NCBI GenBank assembly: GCA_047601445.1
Contig: JASGJH010000001.1
Coordinates: 2,720,001-2,784,000 of the forward strand
Direction of reading: 5' to 3'
From: Myxococcales bacterium
GTDB lineage: Bacteria; Myxococcota_A; Polyangia; Polyangiales; DASUME01
Length of the DNA: 64,000 nt
The notes under the pieces were generated by a model, which saw only the letters and a list, made by a program, of their open reading frames with translations, had not been told where the DNA came from and made no database searches. The position numbers and the translations under genes were made by a program. Positions 19,499 through 29,230 of this stretch are shown here, one piece after another (the first letter of the stretch is position 1; every line of letters begins with the position of its first letter).

Positions 19499-19753
19499 CC
19501 TTCAAACGCATATAATTTATACCTAACTTTATAATATTTGGATAGATAGTGAGCGTCAGAAACACGTAAGTACTGGAGATCACGTGGAAATTCAAAAGCA
19601 CTGGAAAGTGCTTAAAAGCGCAAGAAAAGCACGCAGTTGCCCCCCAAAAACGCGATCTGGGGCGCGATCTTTGCCCCAGTAAGCACGGTTTGCGGACCTC
19701 GACCCCCGTCTCGGGTTACAACTCCGCCCAACAGTTAGAACGGGAGGGAACTA

Positions 19754-20551
19754 GTGGATCTCAAGCGCATCACGAGCCTCTGGGGCGCACTGCTCATCGG
19801 GAGCGCCCTGTTTGGGGCCTGCGGCTACTCCGAAGAAGAAATGCAGGCCCAAAAAGATCAGCTGGCCGCTACCCAAGCCAAGCTGGCGGAATCCGAAAAG
19901 CGCGGGAACTCCCTCGACGAACAGCTGAAAGAGCTCAACGCCCAGAACGCCGAGCTCATGGATCGCTTGAACCTGGCGGGCGCCGAAAAGGGCACGCTGA
20001 GCGCGACCCTGGCCGACCGTGAGAAGGCTCTCTCCGAGCTCCGCGAGCGCGAGAAGCAGGCCCAGGCCCGCCTCAAGACGTTCCAGGACATGGTCGACAA
20101 GTTCAAGGCGATGATCGACTCCGGCAAGCTCCGCGTGCGCGTCGTCCGTGGACGCATGGTGGTCGAGCTCGCCGAGAACATCCTGTTCGACTCGGGCAAG
20201 GACGAGCTGAAGAAGGAAGGCCAGGAAGCGCTGACCCAGGTCGCCAGCGTGCTTAGCTCGATCGCCAACCGCGACTTCCAGATCGCAGGCCACACCGACA
20301 ACATCCCGATCAAGAGCGCCAAGTTCCCGTCGAACTGGGAGCTCTCCACGGCGCGCGCGGTGGAAGTCACGCGTTTCCTCGCAGACAAGGGCGTGGATCC
20401 TTCGCGTCTGTCGGCCGCGGGATATGCCGATACCCAGCCGGTAGCGTCGAACTCGGACTCGGACGGACGCCGCCAAAATCGCCGTATCGAGATCGTGCTG
20501 ATGCCCAACCTGGATGAGCTCCCCGACCTGTCTTCGTTGGCAGGAAAGTGA
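19754..20551 (+). CDS. OmpA/MotB-family peptidoglycan-binding lipoprotein with coiled coil
   Basis: Lipobox FGAC, coiled coil, ILFDSG, GHTDNIP, NWELSTARA, NRRIEI. Confidence 0.9.
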   Translation: MDLKRITSLWGALLIGSALFGACGYSEEEMQAQKDQLAATQAKLAESEKRGNSLDEQLKELNAQNAELMDRLNLAGAEKGTLSATLADREKALSELREREKQAQARLKTFQDMVDKFKAMIDSGKLRVRVVRGRMVVELAENILFDSGKDELKKEGQEALTQVASVLSSIANRDFQIAGHTDNIPIKSAKFPSNWELSTARAVEVTRFLADKGVDPSRLSAAGYADTQPVASNSDSDGRRQNRRIEIVLMPNLDELPDLSSLAGK

Positions 20552-20621
20552 AGCAAAACAGAGAACTTGGCGGATGGCGATTCACCCCCCAAAAGCTGAC
20601 GCTCCTGTCAACTAAATGGGG

Positions 20622-20650
20622 TTGACCGAGCCCACTCCGCCTGGTACGTT
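20622..20650 (+). promoter_or_regulatory. sigma70 promoter upstream of the cdnL leader
   Basis: TTGACC-N17-TACGTT with extended -10 TGn. Confidence 0.6.
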
Positions 20651-20656
20651 TCCGGA

Positions 20657-20971
20657 CAGGAGTGTGGTCTGTCTAGGTCACACTCACCCCTGAACGCACT
20701 TCAGGGGTACCGTGGGCAAGGGGGTGGGCTGGTCCGCCCCCCTCGTTCGTCGGACGACCAAAAGGCTTCGGCCAGGTCAGTCGATATACGGTCGGTGTCG
20801 GTGTTCGGTTGTCCTCGTGACACCGAAGCATTGTCGGCACGCGTTTGGCGCCCCGTTGGGAGAATCAAAACCCGTCGGGGTTGTTCTGTTTCTGGGCGCT
20901 GCCCAAGCGCCCTGGGACGTAGGGTCCTCACCCACATCGGGGAGGCCACTCAAATACCAAAGGGAGCTCCG
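20657..20971 (+). ncRNA. candidate structured 5' leader / ncRNA upstream of cdnL
   Basis: At least six consecutive hairpins between promoter and RBS, including a cUUCGg loop; no convincing ORF. Not recognised as a known family. Confidence 0.4.
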
Positions 20972-21475
20972 ATGCAAGCTCGTATCCACGACTTCAAGGT
21001 TGGCGATAAGGCTGTTTATCCGGCCCAGGGCGTAGCCGAAGTGGTCTCCATCGAAGAGAAGGACATCGCTGGCAATCGTCAGAAGTTCTACGTGCTGCGC
21101 ATTCTCGATACCGACCGCAAAATCATGGTGCCCGTAAACAACGCGGGCAACGTCGGCTTGCGTCCGCCCATCTCCGAGCAGGAGATCCGCGAGATTTTCG
21201 AGATTCTTCGTGAGCGCACCATCGCGTTCGACAACCAGACGTGGAATCGCCGCTACCGTGGCTTCATGGACAAGATCAAGACTGGCTCGGTCTTCGACGT
21301 CGCCGAAGTGATGCGCGACCTGTATCGCCTCAAGGCCGAGAAGTCCCTGTCGTTCGGCGAGCGCCGCATGCTCGAGACGGCGCGCAGCCTGATCGTGAAG
21401 GAGATCGCGGTCGCCCGTCGTAAGAGCGAGGCGAAGATCCAGGCCGAGATCGAGAAAATCTTCGAGAGCAACTGA
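20972..21475 (+). CDS. cdnL: CarD-family RNA polymerase-binding factor CdnL
   Basis: FKVGDKAVYPAQGV, IMVP...GLR, WNRRYR, LSFGERRML; 167 aa, no HMGA tail. ATG 20972 after AGGGAG. Confidence 0.93.
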   Translation: MQARIHDFKVGDKAVYPAQGVAEVVSIEEKDIAGNRQKFYVLRILDTDRKIMVPVNNAGNVGLRPPISEQEIREIFEILRERTIAFDNQTWNRRYRGFMDKIKTGSVFDVAEVMRDLYRLKAEKSLSFGERRMLETARSLIVKEIAVARRKSEAKIQAEIEKIFESN

Positions 21476-21720
21476 CGCAGTGGCGAGGCGGGGCGGAAAC
21501 TGCGCAGCTCCCTGGCCCTTGGCGTTCGCGGTTGGCTCAGCCCGGCCCGAAACAGCGCCCGCGGGGAGCCCTTTTCGCTACGATCACGTCTCCCCCCTCC
21601 CGCCACCCTCGCCCCTCGGGGCGCCCCTTCGGCCGTACTCCTGGGCCGAAGGCGGGCAAACGTCAGGCAGCCACGCAAATCCGCTTACCCAACTGTGTCC
21701 CAGCACAGTATCCTCGCGGC

Positions 21721-22269
21721 ATGCTGGCCAGTTTGACATGGAGGCTAGCTGCTCGACCGGAGCAAGGGTGGTCGCTTCTCGCGGACACCGGCGCAACGGG
21801 CGAGTCGCTTCCGACACCTCTCAGGCACGCGGCGTGGGCGGGTCTTCTTTCGGTCGTGGCCACGGGCCTGGGCTGGGCGCTGAAGCCCGGCGCGACCGCA
21901 GGGGGGACCGTGCTCCACATGCTGGCCGCGTTCGTGGGGTATGTCGGGGGCGCGACGTTGGCAGCGGAGGCGAGCCCAAGACTCGTCTCCTCCCCACACG
22001 GTACGGCGCAGGACGTTTCGCGCTTCGCCGTTGGGGCCGCCCTGCCGGTCGCCTTGAGCGGCGTGCTGAACGTCATTCCGCTCATGCCTTTGAGCTTTGC
22101 CCTCGCTTTGGCGGGGGCGGCATGGAGCGTCCAATCCGGCAGGGTTGGCGCGCGTGCTTTGTTGGCCCTCTCGGGCCAGGCCCGAATGCGGGCTGCGTGG
22201 GTACCGGCTGGACTGGCAGTAAGCCTGGTGCTCATCGCAACGTTCCTGCGGATGGAGCTTCCCTCATGA
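21721..22269 (+). CDS. Yip1-like polytopic membrane protein
   Basis: Several hydrophobic helices after an N-terminal 'L..RP...W' pattern typical of Yip1-domain proteins. Confidence 0.55.
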   Translation: MLASLTWRLAARPEQGWSLLADTGATGESLPTPLRHAAWAGLLSVVATGLGWALKPGATAGGTVLHMLAAFVGYVGGATLAAEASPRLVSSPHGTAQDVSRFAVGAALPVALSGVLNVIPLMPLSFALALAGAAWSVQSGRVGARALLALSGQARMRAAWVPAGLAVSLVLIATFLRMELPS

Positions 22270-22437
22270 TCTCAGCGCGCGCGCGGGGTCAGGGCAGCCC
22301 TTCCTCCAACCAGGTTTCTGCGGGTCGCAGGCTGACGCCACGATCCGCTAGCCGCGTCACACCCTTGCTCTCCGATCCACATCCGACCGTTGGGATGCTG
22401 CTGCCTGGGAGCCAAGGGGGACGTCTGTCGTTCGCCC

Positions 22438-23967
22438 ATGCACAACACGTTGGTCATCAATATCGACATCGGCGAGACCCGCGTCGCGCTGATCGAAGAG
22501 GGCGTGCTCGCGGAGCTCTTTCTTGAGCGTGAACAGGACCGCAGCCCCGTCGGTAACATCTATTTGGGCAAGGTCACCCGCGTGCTGCCCGGCATGCAGG
22601 CGGCCTTCGTCGACATCGGTCTCGATCGCGCCGCGTTCCTGCACGTAGAGGACATCGTTCCAGAGGAAGATCTGGAGCAGATGTTGGCGGGCGCGGGAGA
22701 GAACGGCGACGACGACCACGACGAGGAAGCCGCCAGCAAGAGCAAGAAGATCTCTCGCAAGACGCCGATCCGCGATGTCTTGAAGGAGGGCCAGGAGATC
22801 GTGGTTCAGGTCTCCAAGGGGCCGATCAGCACCAAGGGCGCTCGGGTCACGAGCCACGTGGCCATGCCGGGTCGCTACGTGGTGTACATGCCCACGGTCG
22901 ATCATGTCGGCATCTCCAAGCGCATCGGCAACGAGAAGGAGCGCAAGCGCCTCCGCGAAGCCATCGACGCATTCAAGCCGCCGCAGGGCGGGCTGATCGT
23001 GCGCACCGTGGCCCAGGGCCTCACCAAGCGCGAGCTCAAGGCCGACGTCGGTTACCTGGTCAAGCAGTGGGAACGCGCGATGAAGAAGCGCCAGAGCGTG
23101 CGCCGGGCGCCGGCCTGCCTCTACGCGGATCTGGACATCGTGCTTCGAGCGGCGCGCGACCTCTTCACCGAGGACGTGCACAAGATCGTGATCGACGACG
23201 CCCGCGAGTACGAGCGTCTGGTGGAGTTCGTTTCGGTGTTCATGCCCGAGCGGGCCAAGGACATCGAGCTTTACCAGGGCGACTCGCCCGTGTTCGACGA
23301 GTACGGCATCGAGGACGAGATCTCGCGGGCTCTGTCACGCAAGGTCCCGTTGCCTTCGGGCGGCTATCTCATTATCGACCAGGCCGAGGCGCTGACCGCC
23401 ATCGACGTCAATACGGGGCGCTTCACGGGGCGGGGCAAGGATCTCGAGGAGACCATCCTCCAGACCAATCTCGAAGCAGTGAAGGAGATCGGGTACCAGC
23501 TGCGCTTCCGCAACATCGGCGGCCTGATCGTGCTGGATTTCATCGACATGGAGCGCGCCTCGCACCGCGAGAAGGTCTATCGAGCGCTGGTCGAGGTGCT
23601 CAAGCGCGACAAGGCGAAGACCACGGCCGTGCGCCTCTCGGAGCTCGGGCTGGTGGAGATGACGCGCAAGCGCACCCGCGAGTCCTTGGGTCGCACGATT
23701 CATGAGCCTTGCTTCTACTGCGACGGCACCGGGGCGCTGGCGAGCAAGACCACCATTTGCCACGAGATCCTGCGGCAATTGCGCCGCGAGAAGGATCAGC
23801 TGCCAGGCTACAAGATCATGATCAACGCCCACCCGGCCATCTGCGACATGCTTTCCCGCGAGAAGAAAGCCCACATCGAAGAGGCTCAAGTTCGCTTCAC
23901 ACGCCAGATTGTGCTGTCCCCACGTAGGGAGTACCACCTGGAGCAGTTCGACCTCACGAGTGCCTAA
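22438..23967 (+). CDS. rng: ribonuclease G (Rne/Rng family)
   Basis: VGNIYLGKVTRVLPGMQAAFVDIG, AIDVNTG, GGLIVLDFIDM, GLVEMTRKR, CFYC; no RNase E scaffold tail. Confidence 0.95.
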   Translation: MHNTLVINIDIGETRVALIEEGVLAELFLEREQDRSPVGNIYLGKVTRVLPGMQAAFVDIGLDRAAFLHVEDIVPEEDLEQMLAGAGENGDDDHDEEAASKSKKISRKTPIRDVLKEGQEIVVQVSKGPISTKGARVTSHVAMPGRYVVYMPTVDHVGISKRIGNEKERKRLREAIDAFKPPQGGLIVRTVAQGLTKRELKADVGYLVKQWERAMKKRQSVRRAPACLYADLDIVLRAARDLFTEDVHKIVIDDAREYERLVEFVSVFMPERAKDIELYQGDSPVFDEYGIEDEISRALSRKVPLPSGGYLIIDQAEALTAIDVNTGRFTGRGKDLEETILQTNLEAVKEIGYQLRFRNIGGLIVLDFIDMERASHREKVYRALVEVLKRDKAKTTAVRLSELGLVEMTRKRTRESLGRTIHEPCFYCDGTGALASKTTICHEILRQLRREKDQLPGYKIMINAHPAICDMLSREKKAHIEEAQVRFTRQIVLSPRREYHLEQFDLTSA

Positions 23968-24042
23968 TTTCTGCTCCGGCTCGGGCACGTTTCGCATGCT
24001 CGCCGGCCCGCTTTCGCCGACCCATGGTAAGCTGCGCCGACC

Positions 24043-24378
24043 ATGGCAGAAGGGGACCTGCGGCGGCGCGACGAGCGCGTGACCATCAACAAGGAGTTCG
24101 AGTCGTTCGATGCGTTCGTTCACGAGTACGTGACGAACATCTCGCGCTCGGGCGCCTTCGTGCGCTCGCAGACTCCACTGCCCGTGGGCACCGAGGTAAA
24201 CCTCAAGTTCACGGTCATCATGGATGACGTCGAGCACATCGAGGGCCTCGGCAAGGTGGTGCGCGTCGAGACGGATCCACCCGGCATGGGCGTGGTCTTC
24301 ACCGAGCTAAACGAGTACTCCCAGACGCTGATCTCGCGTCTCCTCACCGCCCCCATCACGAGCACCTCCGAAAGCTGA
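24043..24378 (+). CDS. PilZ domain protein (TIGR02266-like)
   Basis: RRRDER, NISRSG and GMGVVF motifs. Confidence 0.9.
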   Translation: MAEGDLRRRDERVTINKEFESFDAFVHEYVTNISRSGAFVRSQTPLPVGTEVNLKFTVIMDDVEHIEGLGKVVRVETDPPGMGVVFTELNEYSQTLISRLLTAPITSTSES

Positions 24379-24582
24379 GCGCAGCGAGGCCGAGGAGCGA
24401 CTCTGATCGCCTCTGTAGTCGCGTGCGCCGAGATCATTCGGCAACAAGCTAGGCAGAGCGCCGGGCGATTTCGCTTCGAGCCGCGAGCGCGCTCGCGGCT
24501 GGCGACTGAGGCGTGCTTCCCTGTACGCCGCAGGGAGCGCGCGAGGACCTAAGCCGCAGAGCAGGGCAAAAGTGCCCGACGC

Positions 24583-25536
24583 TCAGTCGCTGCGGAGGTA
24601 GGCGTTCTTTAGGAGCTTGATCAACACTTCGCTGGTGTCGAGATCGCTGGCGAGGCTCTTGTTGAGCACGGTCTCGATGGTGCCGTAGTTGATCACGAGC
24701 TGCAGCACGTCGAGCTCCTCGGGAGAGAGGTCGCGCAACGGGGGCATCACGGGCCGCGCCAGCGCCAACAGCGCATGGTGCGGGGGCATGTCCGGAGCAA
24801 TGCGGCGCAGCTCGTCGATCTGGCGGAAGCCCTCCATCAAGATGCCCTCGGTGGACATCTCGAGACGCGACGGGAAGTCGCGCTCCTCGGCGGGCTCCAT
24901 GTCGAACGTTCCGTGCTCCCAGGTGAGAATACGGATGAGCGCCTTGAGCGGCGGCACGTCTTCCTGGTCGTTGACCGAGGAGAAAACGACGGCGCCCTTC
25001 TCGAGGTAGATCTTGCCTTCGGACTCATCGGTGCGAACCACCAGCACACCGCTCTTCTTGCTCGTGGAGAAGAGCTGCATGAGATCCGGCAACGGAACTT
25101 CGTCGATGGATCCACTCATGGTGCGCGCCTGAGTCGGACGACTCTTGGCCTGCGCTTCCATCTTTTGCGGGCTCGCCGCAGTGGAGCTCGGATCAGCCGC
25201 AACGAGCTTGATGATGCTGGTGCCGATCAGAATTCGATCGCCTTCACTCAGCTTCGCGCGCTTGATTTTCTCGCCGTTGACGAAGGTACCGTTCGTGGAG
25301 CCGAGGTCTTGGATGAAGATCTGATCTTCAGCCACGATGATCTTGGCATGTCGGCGAGAGACCATGTCCTCGACCAGCACCATGTCCAATTCACTCGAGC
25401 GCCCCACCACGATCTCGCGGTTTGACGGCAAAGGGAACTCGCCACCCTGGTACTTCCCAGAGATGAAACGAAGGGCATAGCCGTCCTGCGGAGTGGGTAC
25501 CGGAGTGGGCGCTTTTCTCGGGCTTTGGGGCTCCAT
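24583..25536 (-). CDS. FHA + DUF4388 (PATAN-like) domain protein
   Basis: VGRSS..VSRRH..DLGSTNGTFVNG; MSGSIDEVPLPDLMQL..SKKSGVL..W..G.F; GILMEGFRQIDE. Confidence 0.9.
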   Translation of the reverse strand: MEPQSPRKAPTPVPTPQDGYALRFISGKYQGGEFPLPSNREIVVGRSSELDMVLVEDMVSRRHAKIIVAEDQIFIQDLGSTNGTFVNGEKIKRAKLSEGDRILIGTSIIKLVAADPSSTAASPQKMEAQAKSRPTQARTMSGSIDEVPLPDLMQLFSTSKKSGVLVVRTDESEGKIYLEKGAVVFSSVNDQEDVPPLKALIRILTWEHGTFDMEPAEERDFPSRLEMSTEGILMEGFRQIDELRRIAPDMPPHHALLALARPVMPPLRDLSPEELDVLQLVINYGTIETVLNKSLASDLDTSEVLIKLLKNAYLRSD

Positions 25537-25572
25537 CAAACCTAGTGCGCGACAGCGCGCGCAGTGCTGCTA

Positions 25573-25602
25573 AGCGTATGAGTTTCTAGCTGCTTTCGTC
25601 AA
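25573..25602 (-). promoter_or_regulatory. putative sigma70 promoter
   Basis: Minus strand TTGACG-N18-TACGCT. Confidence 0.5.
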
Positions 25603-25665
25603 GGTAGAGGGTTTCCCTCAAACGGGCACGAAAACGACATGCCGATGGTATAAGCGGGCCGGAAG

Positions 25666-28551
25666 ATGTTCGGTACCCGCCGAGGGACGTGGGCAGCCAT
25701 CGCGATTTGCGCGTTGGTGCACGTGCTCACCCCACATAGGAGCCTCGCTCAGGCCGATCATCGGCTCGTCTGGCGGTCCCTCCAGACGCCCCATTTCCAC
25801 ATCCATTACCACGAGCCGCTGGGCATCCTGGCCCGCCAGCTCGCCTCCCGGGCCGAGACAATCAATGCCCGGATCGGCGCGGCCCTGGGCCTCGAACTGC
25901 ATCAGACGGTCCACGTCGTGCTGGCCGACGACGACGATGCGGCCAACGGTTTTGCCTCGGTTTTGCCCTATAACGCGATTCATTTGCGGGTCGTGGCCCC
26001 CGAGGACATGTCGCCGCTGTCCGATTACGACGACTGGTTGAGCATGCTGCTCACGCACGAGCACACCCACATCGTGCACCTCGAGCAAGCGTCCGGGCTG
26101 CCCCGACTGCTCACGGCCCTCCTCGGCCGCTTCTACACCCCGCAGGGCAGCCTGCCGGGCTGGTTCGTCGAGGGTCTGGCAGTGGTCGAGGAATCGGCCC
26201 ACACGACCGCCGGCCGTGTGCGCTCGCCCATGTTCGAGATGTACCTGCGGATGGCGTCCCTGGAGCAGCGTCTGCTGGGCATCGACTGGATCGGATTCGA
26301 CGGCGAGCCATGGCCGCACGGCAACGTGCGTTACCTTTACGGGCAGGCGTTTCTCCAGTTCGTGGTGAATCGCTATGGCCAGCGAGCCATGGGCCGCTTC
26401 ATCGAGCAGTACGGCAAACGCCTGGTTCCCTACGGCCTCAATCGCGCCCTGAAGCGCGCCACTGGCCGTACGTTCACCGAGCTGTATGGGGAGTTCCTGG
26501 CGGAGCTCAACGAGCGCTCCGACGCGGAGAGACGGCGGGTCGAACAAGAAGGTCGGCGTGAGGGGGTCCGCCTGACCCAGCACGGGGAACTGACGCGCTC
26601 CCCCCGCTTCCTGTCCAACGGCGAGCTCGTGTATTCGGTGTCCGACGCCCGTCACGTCCCGCAGATCGCCCGCATTTCGCTGGATTCTCCCCTGGATCGC
26701 GATGTCCTGGCGGAAGTGGCGACCGTGGCCCAGGTGGCCCGGGTGCCTGGGGACGACGCGATCGTCTACAGCAGCGTGGAGTACCACCGCGGCGTCTACG
26801 CGTACGACGAGCTTTCGCGGATTAATGGCCGCGGGCGCCACCGACGCCGCCTGAGCCGGGCGCTGCGAGCGCGGGAACCGGACGTCTCTCCCGATGGCAA
26901 GCAGGTGGTCTACGTGACCCACGGAGCCGGCACGAGCCATCTGGAGATCGCCGAACTCTCGGACCTCGAGCACTCTCGCCGCATGTTGGTGCGGAGTCGC
27001 CGTCTGGAGCAGGTGTTCACGCCCCGCTGGTCCCAGGATGGCAAGCGCATCGCCTACTCGGCGTGGAGCCGCGGCGGTTTCCGGGACATTTGGGTGCTCG
27101 ACGTGGCCAGCGGGACGCGCACCCGGGTCACCTACGACCGGGCGCTCGATCGAGGTCCCGTGTTCTCGCCCAACGGGGAGCTGCTCTACTTCTCGTCGGA
27201 TCGCAGCGGCATCGCCAACCTCTACGCCTACCAATTCGCCACCGGAAAGCTCACCCAGATCACCAACGTGGTGGGGGGCGCCTTTCAGCCCGACGTCTCG
27301 CCCGACGGTCGAACCATCGTCTACGTGGGCTACGGGAGCCGAGGCTTCGACCTGTACGCGCTGTCCCTGGAGGACGCGGCGCAGAGACCCGCCGAGCTGC
27401 CACGCACGCTGGAGCCCATCGCTTACGCACCGTCGATCTCGGCACAGGTCACGCAGAGCGAGCCCTACCGCCCGTACCGCACGCTTTATCCGCGCTATTA
27501 CGAGTTCGCCTCCGACGAAGGCAACCACGGCCGACGGCTCTCGATCAGCAGCAGCGGCGGCGACGTCGTGGGCTGGCACTCCTGGACGCTGCAGGCCTAC
27601 CAGGGGATCGAGCAGACCAACGAACACAGTCTGCAGGTGGGCTATGCGTATCGACGCCCGCGCTTCCCGCTCTTGCTGCGCGCCTCCCTGGGCGAGCAGC
27701 CGCGCGACGACCTGGTGATCAACAACCGCAAGCAGACCTGGGACGCCGTCTCGTGGGGCTTCGCGGTCGGCACCAACTTCGTGTTTCCGCGCCCGCTCAA
27801 GACGCTCAGCTTGCGCGCGGAATACAGCCTCGGAATGCTGCAGGGGGACACCTCCGTTGGGCCACGCCTCGACCCCAACTACCCGCCACCGCACTTTCCG
27901 CCCACCGGGCTCGACACGCGCGCCAACTTCTCTCTCACGCATTCATCGGCCCAGCGGCAACCCTTCGACATCAGCGATTCTTGGGGACACGTGGCAACCG
28001 TGGCCACCAGTGTGCGGGACCCAGCGTTCGGGAGCCGCACACGTGACCAGGGGCTGAGCTGGCGCTGGGAACAGTACGTGCGCTTCGGCTTCCGAGAGAG
28101 CGTGTTGGCGTGGGCCTATACGGGAGCCTGGGATACGCAGGTGTCGCTGGGCGGATATCCGGCGCAGTTGGTTCCGCTGTTCGACTACGTGACGGGCTCG
28201 CGCGGCGCGCCGGCGGACTACGCGAGGCTGCGCGGATACCCCTTGCGCGCCGGAGATCAGCTGCAGGTGGTGCAGCTCGAGTATCGGTTCCTGATCACCC
28301 GCATCAACCGCGGCGTCGAGACGCTACCGATCTTCGCGCGCCGCCTGCATGCGGCGCTGTTCGTGGATGCCGGAGACGCCTACAAGGGACGTTTCGTGCC
28401 CGGAAACCTGGGCGTTGGGACGGGGGCCGAGCTACGGCTCGACTGGGCGGCGGCCTATGGCGTGAACTACACGCTGCGCGGCGGCATTGCAGTGGGCATG
28501 ACGCGAGGAGGAGAGCCTCAGTGGTACACGACCATCGCGCGCCCGTTTTGA
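25666..28551 (+). CDS. exported protein: HExxH metallopeptidase-like domain + TolB-like PD40 propeller + BamA/Omp85-like C-terminal barrel
   Basis: Signal peptide; THEHTH...WFVEGLA; repeats PDVSPDG, PRWSQDG, PVFSPNG; C-terminal LEYRF, LFVDAG, GTGAELR and terminal Phe. Confidence 0.8.
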   Translation: MFGTRRGTWAAIAICALVHVLTPHRSLAQADHRLVWRSLQTPHFHIHYHEPLGILARQLASRAETINARIGAALGLELHQTVHVVLADDDDAANGFASVLPYNAIHLRVVAPEDMSPLSDYDDWLSMLLTHEHTHIVHLEQASGLPRLLTALLGRFYTPQGSLPGWFVEGLAVVEESAHTTAGRVRSPMFEMYLRMASLEQRLLGIDWIGFDGEPWPHGNVRYLYGQAFLQFVVNRYGQRAMGRFIEQYGKRLVPYGLNRALKRATGRTFTELYGEFLAELNERSDAERRRVEQEGRREGVRLTQHGELTRSPRFLSNGELVYSVSDARHVPQIARISLDSPLDRDVLAEVATVAQVARVPGDDAIVYSSVEYHRGVYAYDELSRINGRGRHRRRLSRALRAREPDVSPDGKQVVYVTHGAGTSHLEIAELSDLEHSRRMLVRSRRLEQVFTPRWSQDGKRIAYSAWSRGGFRDIWVLDVASGTRTRVTYDRALDRGPVFSPNGELLYFSSDRSGIANLYAYQFATGKLTQITNVVGGAFQPDVSPDGRTIVYVGYGSRGFDLYALSLEDAAQRPAELPRTLEPIAYAPSISAQVTQSEPYRPYRTLYPRYYEFASDEGNHGRRLSISSSGGDVVGWHSWTLQAYQGIEQTNEHSLQVGYAYRRPRFPLLLRASLGEQPRDDLVINNRKQTWDAVSWGFAVGTNFVFPRPLKTLSLRAEYSLGMLQGDTSVGPRLDPNYPPPHFPPTGLDTRANFSLTHSSAQRQPFDISDSWGHVATVATSVRDPAFGSRTRDQGLSWRWEQYVRFGFRESVLAWAYTGAWDTQVSLGGYPAQLVPLFDYVTGSRGAPADYARLRGYPLRAGDQLQVVQLEYRFLITRINRGVETLPIFARRLHAALFVDAGDAYKGRFVPGNLGVGTGAELRLDWAAAYGVNYTLRGGIAVGMTRGGEPQWYTTIARPF

Positions 28552-28561
28552 TCTCGGAAGT

Positions 28562-29230
28562 TCACCAGCCGAGATAGCCGAACACCAGGCGTGACCACAG
28601 CCCCTTGGGCGCCACACGGTCGTCCTGTACGCCCAACACCAGACACTCTTCATCCGGATCGACACGCAGGCCGTGCACGTCGTTCTCGTCGTTGCTGGCC
28701 ACGTCTCCGCGAACGAAGCGCTTCCCGTCGCGCAGGTCCACGGCGCCGCCCGCGAGCACCATCTCGAGCTCCGTACCGCGGTGCGAATGCATGGGGATCT
28801 GCATGCTGGGCGCGAGGCGACGTAGACGCACCGGGACCGCTCGGTGGCTAAGGGGCAGGTCCGCGTAGTAGAGACCGTCGAAGGCGCGCTTCCAGGGGAT
28901 CTGGTCGTAGGGCCCGAGGAGCTTCGCGAGCGGGCCGGGCAGGAGCGCGTCGCGTGCGGCAGGGGGCTCTGGGCTCGGCGGCGACACAGCCGGCTCCCGT
29001 TCGAGCTTTTGCAGCGTTCGGGACCACAGGTCCGAGCTGATCGGGCTGGGCTCCTGCGCGTCGAGCAAGGCGCCCCCAAGTGACTCGAGCTCCAGGATTC
29101 GCTGCTGACAGCGCGCGCAGAGCGCCGCGTGGGTGGCGGCGAAGAGACTTTCGCCCTCGGTCACGCCGCCCTGGGCGTAGCTCCAGAGCAGCCAATCCGG
29201 CAAATGGTGCTGCGGTGCGCGAGGGCTCAC
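28562..29230 (-). CDS. chrR: ChrR-family zinc anti-sigma factor with cupin domain
   Basis: HHL..Y..G..THAALCARC (ZAS) and PMHSHRGTELEMVLAG..H cupin. Confidence 0.92.
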   Translation of the reverse strand: MSPRAPQHHLPDWLLWSYAQGGVTEGESLFAATHAALCARCQQRILELESLGGALLDAQEPSPISSDLWSRTLQKLEREPAVSPPSPEPPAARDALLPGPLAKLLGPYDQIPWKRAFDGLYYADLPLSHRAVPVRLRRLAPSMQIPMHSHRGTELEMVLAGGAVDLRDGKRFVRGDVASNDENDVHGLRVDPDEECLVLGVQDDRVAPKGLWSRLVFGYLGW

